The notes beneath the pieces are model-generated. The model saw only the letters and a list, made by a program, of their open reading frames with translations. It was not told the origin of the DNA and did not search any database. From an uncultured Gammaproteobacteria bacterium (GTDB taxonomy: Bacteria > Patescibacteriota > Microgenomatia > PFEM01 > DATLAM01): DNA of 64,000 nt. The stretch covers positions 30,792 to 94,791 of the forward strand of contig CAZMIZ010000003.1 in the NCBI GenBank assembly GCA_964566925.1. The letters run 5' to 3'. Position 1 is the first letter of the stretch; every line of letters begins with the position of its first letter. A program made the translations under genes and the position numbers. Below are positions 27,046-35,755 of the stretch, in pieces.

Positions 27046-27071
27046 AAGCAAGATTTTAATTTCTCAAAAAC

Positions 27072-27602
27072 TTAACCACCTGGACAGATATCTTCGGCCC
27101 AAAGGCCGCGGTCATTTTCTCTTGCCTCCTGTTCGGCTTCTCTAAATAACTCTTGATATTTGACATCCGGCGGATAGGTGGCGGTTTGAGCGTATCCCTG
27201 CCTTACCAGATAATCGTTGACGAATAAGTTATCCACATAGACATAGCGCAAAAGCCGATGATACTGATCCGTTTCGGAAACATCCTTTTCTAGCCTAACC
27301 TCTTTGCCTTCAACCAATTCTTTGTTCTTTTCGGTGGCCTCATCAGCCAAACAGCCGCTTTCCGGCGTATCAATGCCAATATAACGCACTCTTTCCCCAC
27401 CCTCGACTTCAATCGTATCCCCATCAATCACCCGAGTAACTGTGAATGTCTGTTCTTCAACCGGAGACGTCTCGATTGTCGGAGTTGGCTCTGAAGTAGT
27501 TTCTTTTGGACTAAAACCCTGGCCAAGAGCAAACCCAATAAGGAGCAACGCCCCACCAAGGATTACAAAAAGGATTTTCTTAGGAATCTTCACCTTAGTC
27601 AT
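27072..27602 (-). CDS. membrane-anchored thermonuclease (SNase family)
   Basis: RVIDGDT, VRYIGIDTPE, DQYHRLLRYV, EARENDRGLW. Confidence 0.93.
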   Translation of the reverse strand: MTKVKIPKKILFVILGGALLLIGFALGQGFSPKETTSEPTPTIETSPVEEQTFTVTRVIDGDTIEVEGGERVRYIGIDTPESGCLADEATEKNKELVEGKEVRLEKDVSETDQYHRLLRYVYVDNLFVNDYLVRQGYAQTATYPPDVKYQELFREAEQEARENDRGLWAEDICPGG

Positions 27603-27798
27603 TTTTCTCCGCTCGACGGAGCTTAAGTTTTAGTTTTTTGAAAAAAAGAACGAAAGAGAAAATGACATACAAATAAACAACAATAACCCAATCGTCGTAT
27701 AAACCTCGAAGTGTAGGGGGCGTAACTAAAATGAAAAAGAATAATGCAAGGGGGAGATTCAAAAATGCGAATAAATTGATAATTCGCACTCTATTCAT
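27595..27798 (-). CDS. small two-TM membrane protein (likely start ATG 27798)
   Basis: TATTAT 7 nt before ATG; two hydrophobic helices; overlaps the nuclease start. Confidence 0.5.
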   Translation of the reverse strand: MNRVRIINLFAFLNLPLALFFFILVTPPTLRGLYDDWVIVVYLYVIFSFVLFFKKLKLKLRRAEKND

Positions 27799-27894
27799 TG
27801 GGTATATAATAACATTTTTCGCGGAATTCTTACTTTTGCCATTTTTAGCCCCCGAATTTACACTGAGTTTGCCAAAGTGCCACAATTTTAATCT

Positions 27895-28815
27895 CTACCT
27901 GTCTGGAGCGACTTCGCAGGATTCCTTAACAATTTCTAAAATATAATTAATCTTTTCCTCTTTTAAGACATCAATCCACCAAAGAGGAGTTTTCCCCCAT
28001 TCATAAGAAGCTGGGACTCTCTTAAAAAGCTTCTCCTTGTCTGATTTAAGCTTTTTCTTCCTGACATAGATTCTAAGTTTGTTTTGGTATACGTGAATAG
28101 AGGCAAAATTGTACCAATTAAATTTGTAACCGATGTAAAACTTAACTGGCTTTTCCTTGATATTCTCATCAATAGAGAAAATCTTTTCTCTTAACTTCTC
28201 AAACAACTCCCTAATTTTAGGCGAGGCCTTTTTCCTGTGATCTTCGATTGTATATTCTCTCACCTCACGACTAACGGTGGCGACGGCCTTACCTTTGGTT
28301 ACTGTTTTGATAGATTCTTTAGCTTCAGGGGATTTAAGTTGATTGAAAAGAATAAGATTATCTTCAAAAATTTCCACTTCCCACAACTCTATTGGCAAAT
28401 CCTTAAAACCAATTGCCCCTCGTTGATGAGGGGTAAAAGAAGGGGCGACGAATAAAACCCTGGATTGAGACCAGTCGACATCGCCGCGCTTTAGATTCTT
28501 TTTCTTCTTTTCATTGTATTCAAGAATGAAATCGGACTTATTATTGAGCATCAAGGAGAGATAGTTCAAACCTTGATCAACAACACTAAAACTTTGATCT
28601 CTCTTATATTCGATGACAACAAAGGAGCGCGTTTCTGAATCAAAAGCTAGGGTATCGATGTAGAAGTTATGGATTCCGAATTCACTGCTGATAAATTCTA
28701 AACCAAAAATTATTTCAAGGTTTTCCTCGGTTAGTTTCTGTAAATCCTTTTCAAAATCAAATTTCTTTTCTTTAACCTGGCTGAGTTTCTTATTCTTTAT
28801 CTGAAAAATCGGCAT
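27895..28815 (-). CDS. NucS/EndoMS-like PD-(D/E)xK nuclease with DUF5655-like C-terminus
   Basis: EKDLQ...IDTLAFD...VIEYK...DQGLNY; C-terminal KPVKFYIGYK. Confidence 0.75.
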   Translation of the reverse strand: MPIFQIKNKKLSQVKEKKFDFEKDLQKLTEENLEIIFGLEFISSEFGIHNFYIDTLAFDSETRSFVVIEYKRDQSFSVVDQGLNYLSLMLNNKSDFILEYNEKKKKNLKRGDVDWSQSRVLFVAPSFTPHQRGAIGFKDLPIELWEVEIFEDNLILFNQLKSPEAKESIKTVTKGKAVATVSREVREYTIEDHRKKASPKIRELFEKLREKIFSIDENIKEKPVKFYIGYKFNWYNFASIHVYQNKLRIYVRKKKLKSDKEKLFKRVPASYEWGKTPLWWIDVLKEEKINYILEIVKESCEVAPDR

Positions 28816-28847
28816 TTGGGGATATTATAGCATGAGCAGGGTGGAAG

Positions 28848-29624
28848 TTAAGAGATCTTTTCTTGAATCATTGGCCCAAGCTGTTCAACCTCATACAAAA
28901 TCTCAGCGTTATTATCAGTAGTAATTTTATATCTCGCGTTTTGAATCTCAACGATTGTGGAAAAGCTTAACTTCCAAGCCTCCTCTCCCTCCGTTTTTAT
29001 GAAATTTATGACAGGAATGTTTGGAAGAGCATTGTTTTCTATGGCAAGGCCTATTGCCTTTGACACCCTTCGCTTTCGACGATCTCTCCATTCCTGTAGC
29101 CTAACCTGTTCTTCGTAAATAATTGTTGCAGTAAGAACAGTAAGGATTATTACAAGGATGTAGATTATTGCCTGTAAATATGTATAAAAGAGTGGAGGGT
29201 TCATTGACAAAGACATCCCAAGCCAAATAAAAATTAAGCCCAAAAATAGTATAGCCACTATAAAAATGAGAACCAGCCTATGATGATCTATTCTAAAAGG
29301 CGGCCCAACTCGTTTAACTTTCTTAATCTCTTCCGGTGTATGTCTTTGAGGGTTTATACGATCAAGATAGTCTCTGTATTTTTTATTCTGCCACCAAAAT
29401 GGCTGAATCGAAATAAATGGTCTCTGTCTATACCAGAAAATTACAAGAAATGAGACTAACAGCGTCAAAACTGACGCCGCTAGAAATACTTCTCTATTTA
29501 AGAATATTCCAGCCGTAGTACCTGGAAACAACAGATAAAAAAACTGAATCAGCGGGAGCGCATAAGAGAGAAAGCCGGCTAAGCTTTTAGAAATTTCATT
29601 TACACTTTCTTTTGTTTTGTCCAT
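28848..29624 (-). CDS. hypothetical four-TM membrane protein
   Basis: Four hydrophobic segments and a soluble C-terminus. Confidence 0.7.
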   Translation of the reverse strand: MDKTKESVNEISKSLAGFLSYALPLIQFFYLLFPGTTAGIFLNREVFLAASVLTLLVSFLVIFWYRQRPFISIQPFWWQNKKYRDYLDRINPQRHTPEEIKKVKRVGPPFRIDHHRLVLIFIVAILFLGLIFIWLGMSLSMNPPLFYTYLQAIIYILVIILTVLTATIIYEEQVRLQEWRDRRKRRVSKAIGLAIENNALPNIPVINFIKTEGEEAWKLSFSTIVEIQNARYKITTDNNAEILYEVEQLGPMIQEKIS

Positions 29625-29638
29625 TAATTTATTAAATC

Positions 29639-29702
29639 AAAAAACAAAGCCTGCTTTCTGAGCAGGCAACTTGATTGTACACTTTAAGTTATTAAAGGTC
29701 AA
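29639..29702 (-). promoter_or_regulatory. promoter followed by hairpin and T-tract
   Basis: TTGACC-17nt-TACAAT then GCCTGCT-CAGAA-AGCAGGC-TTTGTTTTTT. Confidence 0.65.
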
Positions 29703-29773
29703 CTTTTCGTAATTCCAATTTCTCGATTTAAATCAAATTTTTCTCAACTTCCGGGTGAAGTTTGGCGAGTTGG

Positions 29774-32287
29774 CTATGTCGTTATATCGCCGAATTCACT
29801 TCTTAGCTTTTTAATAGCTTGTTGTGCCCCCCATTTCTTTCCAAATGCTTGGCGTATTCTTTCCGAAATATATTTTCTTTTTTTACGACTTTTAGAGACG
29901 GGTAGATAAATTTCTTTCCATCTATTCCCAATATTCGGAAGAGTTGTTTCTATAAAGATTTTGTTGCGCAGCTGTTTTTGGGCTAGTTCATGAGATAGTA
30001 AATAAATTAAGTAGTAAGGGTTTATATCCCACTGGTTCTTATCATTGATTACCCTGATTACAAGCAATTCCCTGGTTAATAAAATTTCGTTTTCGTCGGG
30101 AGAAACCATCGCTACTGTGCCAATTCTGTAACTTCCTCTTCTAACGAAAATAATATCTTTTTCTTTAAGGCTAACTCCGCTGCCCTTTATCTTTAAATAC
30201 ATCTTTCGGGGAATCAAAGACGTCGGGTTTTTGTAAATCTCCCAATTAACAATATCCTTAACCCTTATATACGGAACTTCCCCTCTGCCTTTATAATGTC
30301 CAGGAGGAGAACCATGTCCATCGGAATATTCGACTACTTTATGCCTAATTAATTTCGATAAGCCTACCATCTCAAAACTTCCTTCCTTGGCAATTTTTTT
30401 CAGCTCTTTTTCTCTTTGCCCCCAATAATAGCGAGGAATGTAGATGTCCGTTTTAATTGCGGAGGTGTTGATAGCAAAAAGATTTTTATTACCTTTTTTA
30501 TCTGGGTTGTTTATTTCTTCCCTTATTATTTCTGTGTCGTCCCATAATTCTTCTGTAAAGCCTTTTGTCTTTTGGTCAAATCTATATATTGGCTTGCCGT
30601 TGTGGTCATGTCCAACCTCCTCGGCTACTGCCATGATAATTTTCTCTTCTTGGGGTTTGTTTTTTTGTAACACTAAAAGCATAGTTTTAGCATTACAGTG
30701 GGGTCTAAATGTATTGTGTGCAAGATCAATAATTGCTTTTATATTGTGCTTTTTTAGAAATTGTAAGATATAGCGGGTCTTTGGCGCATGGAAATATGTC
30801 TCAGGTAAAACTATGCCCAATATACCCCCATCTTTAAGAAGTTGTAAGCATCTCTCAATAAAGAGAATTTGAGGTTCCTCGCTATCTTTAAGTTGGGCTG
30901 TTTTCGCATAGCCTGTCCCTGATTTTTTCCACCGGTAAGCAAGGTCATATTGTTTAAGTTTTTCTTCTCCTTCTACTTTTATCTTTGAACCAAAGGGAGG
31001 GTTAGTCAATACAATATCAAACGAGCCAAGCTGTATTTTGTCTCTAGCTTGCATATCCCAATTTTTGGGACTATCAAGGCTGTCTTCACAAAAAATACCG
31101 CCTTTTCCATCCCCAACTATCGCCATATAAGCCTTAGTGACTTTACTCAAGAAATAATCTTTATCGACGCCCTTAAAATTAGAATTGGCCACTGTTAGCT
31201 TTTCTAGCTCGATATTAGTTTTCTTCCATTCATATCTTTTCCCTTGATTCTCAATCTTATTCCATACATACCTTAAACTGTCAATCAAAAATCCTCCTGA
31301 CCCACAAGCAGGATCAATGATAAGATGTTTTGGCGAGGGATCAACTAATCTTACAAGGGTTTGAATCACGTTCCGCGGAGTAAAAAATTGTCCCTGAGAT
31401 CCCTTTAACGCTGGGCCTATAAAAACTTCAAAGGCCTCAGCTATAACATCCCTCTCTGCGTCCGTTAAACAGAAGTTTTGCAGTTCACCCACAATGTAAG
31501 TTAAGGATCGGGCATCCAAATTTAGTGAGTCGCCTACATCTATAATCTCGGGGTATCTTTTCTTAACTTTCTTAAACAGGTGAAGAATTCTTTCTTTTAC
31601 TTCTCCAGTGCTCTCTTTTATTCCAGCCCTGAATTGTACTATATTGTCTTGTTTAGTAAATTTTTCATCATAAATCTTGCAAAAAATAACGTTAATCAAC
31701 TGTTGAGCAAGAACCTCGTCTCTAGTAGCGCCCACAGCCATTCCTGCTAAATAATTCCTCATAGCATTAAACGTAGATTTTAAGTTACGAGGAGGCTTTA
31801 AGTCTTTCCTTTTAAACAAGCCTATATCTGCTATTCTTTGGCCTGCTCGAGGGATAATTGGAATCTCCTCGAAGTAAACTTTTCCCTCTTTCTCTGTTTT
31901 TTTGAGAAAGAGCCTTTCCTTTCCGTTAAACCAAACACCTAGTTGAGCTTCGGACAGTCTCAGGTAGTCTTTCAACTGTGATTCTCCGTCTTTTCTAGTC
32001 TTTTTTTTACATTCAACTATTATCCATAAATTATCATCGATCTTTCTCTCTGACTTAAAAACAGCAATATCTACCGGGTATTCTTTCTTTTTATCAGAAG
32101 GTCTTGCTTTTACTCTCCATTGGGAATGGGTCTGTATTTGTGTTTTCTTATAGCCATAATCTTCGACAAGGGATTTAGCGAATACCTGAACAGCCTCGAT
32201 TTCTTCTGGAGTTGCCTTTACCCACTTATTAGTAATATAGTCTTGGATGTGCCCTTCCTTAGTTTCAACCCTTTTCTTCTTTGCCAT
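29774..32287 (-). CDS. single-chain restriction-modification enzyme (HsdR_N-like nuclease + N6-adenine MTase + target recognition domain; type IIG-like)
   Basis: TPEE...VDIAVF...VECKK, GQFFTPR, DPACGSGGF, NPPFG, C-terminal HsdS-like region. Confidence 0.9.
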   Translation of the reverse strand: MAKKKRVETKEGHIQDYITNKWVKATPEEIEAVQVFAKSLVEDYGYKKTQIQTHSQWRVKARPSDKKKEYPVDIAVFKSERKIDDNLWIIVECKKKTRKDGESQLKDYLRLSEAQLGVWFNGKERLFLKKTEKEGKVYFEEIPIIPRAGQRIADIGLFKRKDLKPPRNLKSTFNAMRNYLAGMAVGATRDEVLAQQLINVIFCKIYDEKFTKQDNIVQFRAGIKESTGEVKERILHLFKKVKKRYPEIIDVGDSLNLDARSLTYIVGELQNFCLTDAERDVIAEAFEVFIGPALKGSQGQFFTPRNVIQTLVRLVDPSPKHLIIDPACGSGGFLIDSLRYVWNKIENQGKRYEWKKTNIELEKLTVANSNFKGVDKDYFLSKVTKAYMAIVGDGKGGIFCEDSLDSPKNWDMQARDKIQLGSFDIVLTNPPFGSKIKVEGEEKLKQYDLAYRWKKSGTGYAKTAQLKDSEEPQILFIERCLQLLKDGGILGIVLPETYFHAPKTRYILQFLKKHNIKAIIDLAHNTFRPHCNAKTMLLVLQKNKPQEEKIIMAVAEEVGHDHNGKPIYRFDQKTKGFTEELWDDTEIIREEINNPDKKGNKNLFAINTSAIKTDIYIPRYYWGQREKELKKIAKEGSFEMVGLSKLIRHKVVEYSDGHGSPPGHYKGRGEVPYIRVKDIVNWEIYKNPTSLIPRKMYLKIKGSGVSLKEKDIIFVRRGSYRIGTVAMVSPDENEILLTRELLVIRVINDKNQWDINPYYLIYLLSHELAQKQLRNKIFIETTLPNIGNRWKEIYLPVSKSRKKRKYISERIRQAFGKKWGAQQAIKKLRSEFGDITT

Positions 32288-32356
32288 ATTCGGGTTTTGT
32301 TCGTATATCTAGACTACCTTCTTTAAGAATCTTTGTCAAGAGCTAGTCTCGTCCTA

Positions 32357-32420
32357 ATTCTACCTTATAAATTTGCTTTCAGCAACTTATCACGTCAGAC
32401 GTGACAAGCAGGCCAAGCCA
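32357..32420 (-). promoter_or_regulatory. duplicated promoter copy A with adjacent palindrome
   Basis: TTGCTG-17nt-TAGAAT; 24 nt identical to 32741..32764; palindrome at 32387..32407. Confidence 0.65.
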
Positions 32421-32433
32421 CGCTTGTGTTAGG

Positions 32434-32475
32434 GTATGATGTATGATTTAAGATTTAAGATTGAAGATTGATGAG
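32434..32475. repeat. degenerate 7-nt tandem repeat x6
   Basis: gtatgat gtatgat ttaagat ttaagat tgaagat tgatgag. Confidence 0.8.
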
Positions 32476-32500
32476 GTTCTTGATTTCCTTAATCTCGTGC

Positions 32501-32722
32501 CTATTGAGGCCATTCAGAATAGGGTAACTGAGCGTCCAAGTAAGTGTCTTCGGGAGCCGCATCGGGAAATCTAATTCCTGCCGGTCCTTCTAATTTCGGT
32601 CTGAAAATCTTTCCTCCCTTAGTAACTAACTCCACAGCTGCCAAATTTAAAAACTGGCTTGCAGGAACAATCATACCAACAACTCTTCCTCTCTCTGGCC
32701 CTTTTTCTGGCATCTCTTTCAC
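32501..32722 (-). CDS. hypothetical protein (73 aa)
   Basis: ORF directly after promoter copy B. Confidence 0.5.
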   Translation of the reverse strand: MKEMPEKGPERGRVVGMIVPASQFLNLAAVELVTKGGKIFRPKLEGPAGIRFPDAAPEDTYLDAQLPYSEWPQ

Positions 32723-32731
32723 CTCGCTCTT

Positions 32732-32781
32732 ATTTTACCCTATAAATTTGCTTTCAGCAACTTAAAGGGCAGGCCATACCA
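32732..32781 (-). promoter_or_regulatory. duplicated promoter copy B
   Basis: TTGCTG-17nt-TAAAAT. Confidence 0.65.
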
Positions 32782-32807
32782 TGATTAAGGTTTAGTGTCT
32801 AGAAGGG

Positions 32808-33128
32808 TTAGAAAAAGTGTTTTTGAAGTTCAATCAATTTCTCACAGCGATATTCATCACAATCTTTACAATTTTTAATCTTTTTCTTCAAGCCACAGTT
32901 TCTCACTTCACAACTATGGCAATAAAAATAAACAGCATCTTTAGACAAACAACCATGACAGTTAATCTCCTCTGGTTTAACCGGAGGCCGATTGCGGCTG
33001 GTAACGTACCTTTTCGTCCACTCTTTGGCCGTTTTTTCTCTCAGTTTATGATCGTTGTTTTTGGTGGCAATAAAAGCCGGACAAGAAGAGCAATCTAAAC
33101 CACACATGGCAAGGTGTTTTTGGGCCAT
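32808..33128 (-). CDS. DUF3795-family Cys-rich protein
   Basis: CGLDCSSC...CHGC...CHSCEVRNC...CKDCDEYRC. Confidence 0.85.
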   Translation of the reverse strand: MAQKHLAMCGLDCSSCPAFIATKNNDHKLREKTAKEWTKRYVTSRNRPPVKPEEINCHGCLSKDAVYFYCHSCEVRNCGLKKKIKNCKDCDEYRCEKLIELQKHFF

Positions 33129-33204
33129 CTTGAGTTAATTTTATCCTTTTCTTGCAATAACCTCAAGGTAAACTACTTAAGAAGGGGGAATGAAGATTTT
33201 TCGC

Positions 33205-33543
33205 CTACATTCTTTCTGGGCCTTTGGGGGTAGAGGTTTCTAGGGAAAGGGTACCCTCAGCCATCTGTTCTTGGTAATTACGAACAAACTCTACTGCCGC
33301 GGGAACTCTGGTCCCTCCCTCTCTTACCGCTTCAACGAAACTATCAATGATTGCTTGTTGTTGTTCTGGAGAAAGACTCCTGACCATCCTGACCCAGGAA
33401 GCGCCTCTTTTGTTACGAACAATTATTGGCTCTTTTAACTCTTTGCCAGGCCATCTCTCCTTTTCTTTAAGTCTTATAATTCTAGTGCCAACATCACAAG
33501 GCCTAACCCCAATTCCTTCTGCAAATTCAGCGACAGTGGTCAT
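33205..33543 (-). CDS. hypothetical protein with possible N-terminal HTH (likely start ATG 33543)
   Basis: TVAEFAEGIGVRPCDVGTRI pattern; TATAAT 8 nt before ATG. Confidence 0.55.
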   Translation of the reverse strand: MTTVAEFAEGIGVRPCDVGTRIIRLKEKERWPGKELKEPIIVRNKRGASWVRMVRSLSPEQQQAIIDSFVEAVREGGTRVPAAVEFVRNYQEQMAEGTLSLETSTPKGPERM

Positions 33544-33578
33544 TTGAGCCAATTATAACCTATAGCGTCAAAATTTTC

Positions 33579-34616
33579 CTATTTCTTTAAAGCCAGTTTA
33601 ATGATCCGGTCAAGAAGCTTAGGATAGCTGATGCCGGCCGCAGCCGCTTCTTTAGGTAGTAAAGAAACAGGCGTTAACCCCGGAATGGTATTGATTTCCA
33701 AAACATAGGGCTTGCCTTGAGAAATAATCATGTCTACCCTGCCAAAACCCTGGCATTCAATCGCCTGGAAAACTTTGATCGCCAACGCCTGGACTTTTTT
33801 GGTTAATCTTTTAGCAATTCTGGCTGGGACAATCTCATCACACTGAGTTTCATCATATTTAGCCTGATAATCAAAAAATTCTCTTTTGGGCAGGATTTCA
33901 ATCACCGGCAAAGCAACCGGGTCTTCGTTACCCAAAACCCCGCAGGAAACTTCAATCCCTTTAAGATATTTTTCAATAATAATCTTTGAACTATAGGAAA
34001 AAGCCAGTTTTAAAGCCGGGCCCAACTCTTTTTGATTATGAACCAGGCTAATGCCCACGCTGGAACCCTGATCGCTGGGTTTGATTACAAAGGGAAATTT
34101 AAATTTTTTCAGGATTTTTTTGATAGGATCTTTTTTAGTCAAGACTAGGTAGTCACCAATCGGGATGCCTTCCTGCTCCATGACCTTCTTAAACATGATT
34201 TTATTCATGCCGATGCTCGAGGCCATCACGCCAGCCCCGGTGTAGGGGATTCCCGTTAATTCGAGCATCCCCTGAATCGTCCCGTCTTCGCCAAAAGGTC
34301 CATGCATGGCTATAAAAACTACCTGAGGCGATTGGCCAGGGATTTGTAAAGGCAAGCGCTTACCGCTAGGCAAAAGGGCTTTGCCGCCTTTAATCTTTTT
34401 CTTATGATCAGTTTTCTCTACCCCGGCAGGGGAGTGGAGTAAAATTTGGTTCGGGCTTTTGAGCTGCCATCTTTCCCCGTCTCGGGAAATAACCACCGGC
34501 ATCACCTGATATTTCCGCTTATCCAAATGGCGAACCACTTCCCTACCGGAAACCAAGGAAACTTCATGCTCCGGGGTTTTACCCCCCATCAAGACAATCA
34601 CTCTTGTTTTTCCCAT
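33579..34616 (-). CDS. ddl: D-alanine--D-alanine ligase
   Basis: GGKTPEHEVS, HGPFGEDG, GSSVG, FDYQAKY, EINTIPG. Confidence 0.96.
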   Translation of the reverse strand: MGKTRVIVLMGGKTPEHEVSLVSGREVVRHLDKRKYQVMPVVISRDGERWQLKSPNQILLHSPAGVEKTDHKKKIKGGKALLPSGKRLPLQIPGQSPQVVFIAMHGPFGEDGTIQGMLELTGIPYTGAGVMASSIGMNKIMFKKVMEQEGIPIGDYLVLTKKDPIKKILKKFKFPFVIKPSDQGSSVGISLVHNQKELGPALKLAFSYSSKIIIEKYLKGIEVSCGVLGNEDPVALPVIEILPKREFFDYQAKYDETQCDEIVPARIAKRLTKKVQALAIKVFQAIECQGFGRVDMIISQGKPYVLEINTIPGLTPVSLLPKEAAAAGISYPKLLDRIIKLALKK

Positions 34617-35755
34617 CAAACCACCTTTCTCGGTAAATAAGGGTTAATTTGGGTGACCACTTCGTAATTGATGGTCCCGATTTTGGTAGCCAGTTCTTCA
34701 GCCGGGATTTCATTTCTCCCCTGCTTACCCAAAAGAACCACTTCATCCTCAATTTTAACCTGAGGAATATCGGTGACGTCCACCAGTACCATATTCATGC
34801 AAACCCGACCGACTACCGGCGCGAATTGGCCTTTAATTAAAACCCGACCGGCATTAGACAGCTTCCGATCATAACCATCCCAGTAGCCGACTGGTAAAAC
34901 GGCAATTTTAGTTTGCCGATTGGTTCTAAAGGTTCGGCCATAACTAATAGTCTCGCCTTTTTTAACTATTTTTATTTGAGCCACTTTGGTTTTCCAGGTT
35001 AAAACCGGCTGAAGATTGATTTTAATCTTGTTTTCTTGGGCAGAAATCTTGGTTTCCCGCGAAGGCCAAAGCCCATAAAGACCAATCCCTAAACGAATTA
35101 GATCAAAAATTGTTTGATCAAAGAGGGTGGCGGCCGCGGTACAGGCCGTATGCTTAACCGGGATTTTAATCTTTGCTTTCTCGAGGAGCTTAACAGCTTG
35201 CTTGAAATTCTCCAGCTGTTGTAAGGGATAAGTGTGGTCCAAAGTGTCTTCGATGTTCGCATAATGAGTGTAAATTCCTTCCAGGAAAATATTTTTCTGT
35301 TTCAAGCAAGTCTGGGCAAAAGAAACAAGTTGGTTGACCTCAATCCCCTGCCGATGGGTGCCGGTCTCCACCTTTAAATGAACCTTGGCAGTCTTGTTTA
35401 ATTTTCCCGCTTCTTGATTGGCTTTTTTAACGGTCTCTTGGTTGTAAACCACAAAACTTAAATCGGCCTTAATCGCCTCTTTGATTTTGGCTAAAGGCAG
35501 ATAACCTAAAACCAGAATCGGTTGATTGATTTTGAGCTGTCTTAAGAAGAGGCCGCCCTCCAAGCTATTCACCCCAAACCAGTCAGCCTGATTTTTAACC
35601 ACCTGGGCTACCTCCCCCACCCCATGACCATAGGCATTGGCCTTGACCACCGCCATTACTTTCGCTTTTGGTCCCACCCTTTTCTTAAATTGGTTAAGGT
35701 TATAGATTAAAGCCTTTTTAGAAACTTCCACTCTGGTTAAAGATGAACTAATCAT
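34616..35755 (-). CDS. alr: alanine racemase
   Basis: VVKANAYGHG, SYG, GYWDG, GRVCM, GTINYE. Confidence 0.96.
   Translation of the reverse strand: MISSSLTRVEVSKKALIYNLNQFKKRVGPKAKVMAVVKANAYGHGVGEVAQVVKNQADWFGVNSLEGGLFLRQLKINQPILVLGYLPLAKIKEAIKADLSFVVYNQETVKKANQEAGKLNKTAKVHLKVETGTHRQGIEVNQLVSFAQTCLKQKNIFLEGIYTHYANIEDTLDHTYPLQQLENFKQAVKLLEKAKIKIPVKHTACTAAATLFDQTIFDLIRLGIGLYGLWPSRETKISAQENKIKINLQPVLTWKTKVAQIKIVKKGETISYGRTFRTNRQTKIAVLPVGYWDGYDRKLSNAGRVLIKGQFAPVVGRVCMNMVLVDVTDIPQVKIEDEVVLLGKQGRNEIPAEELATKIGTINYEVVTQINPYLPRKVV

Noticed and set aside
32357-32810. Integron attC sites between small genes
   Set aside because: AAC...GTT pairs exist but are too short or lack R/L box complementarity; no integron integrase in the window
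32690-33225. KGPER peptide shared by the start of 32501..32722 and the end of 33205..33543
   Set aside because: Only five residues; could be chance
34415-34440. Palindromic insert in ddl (CCCC-GGCA-GGGG)
   Set aside because: Stem too short to distinguish from chance
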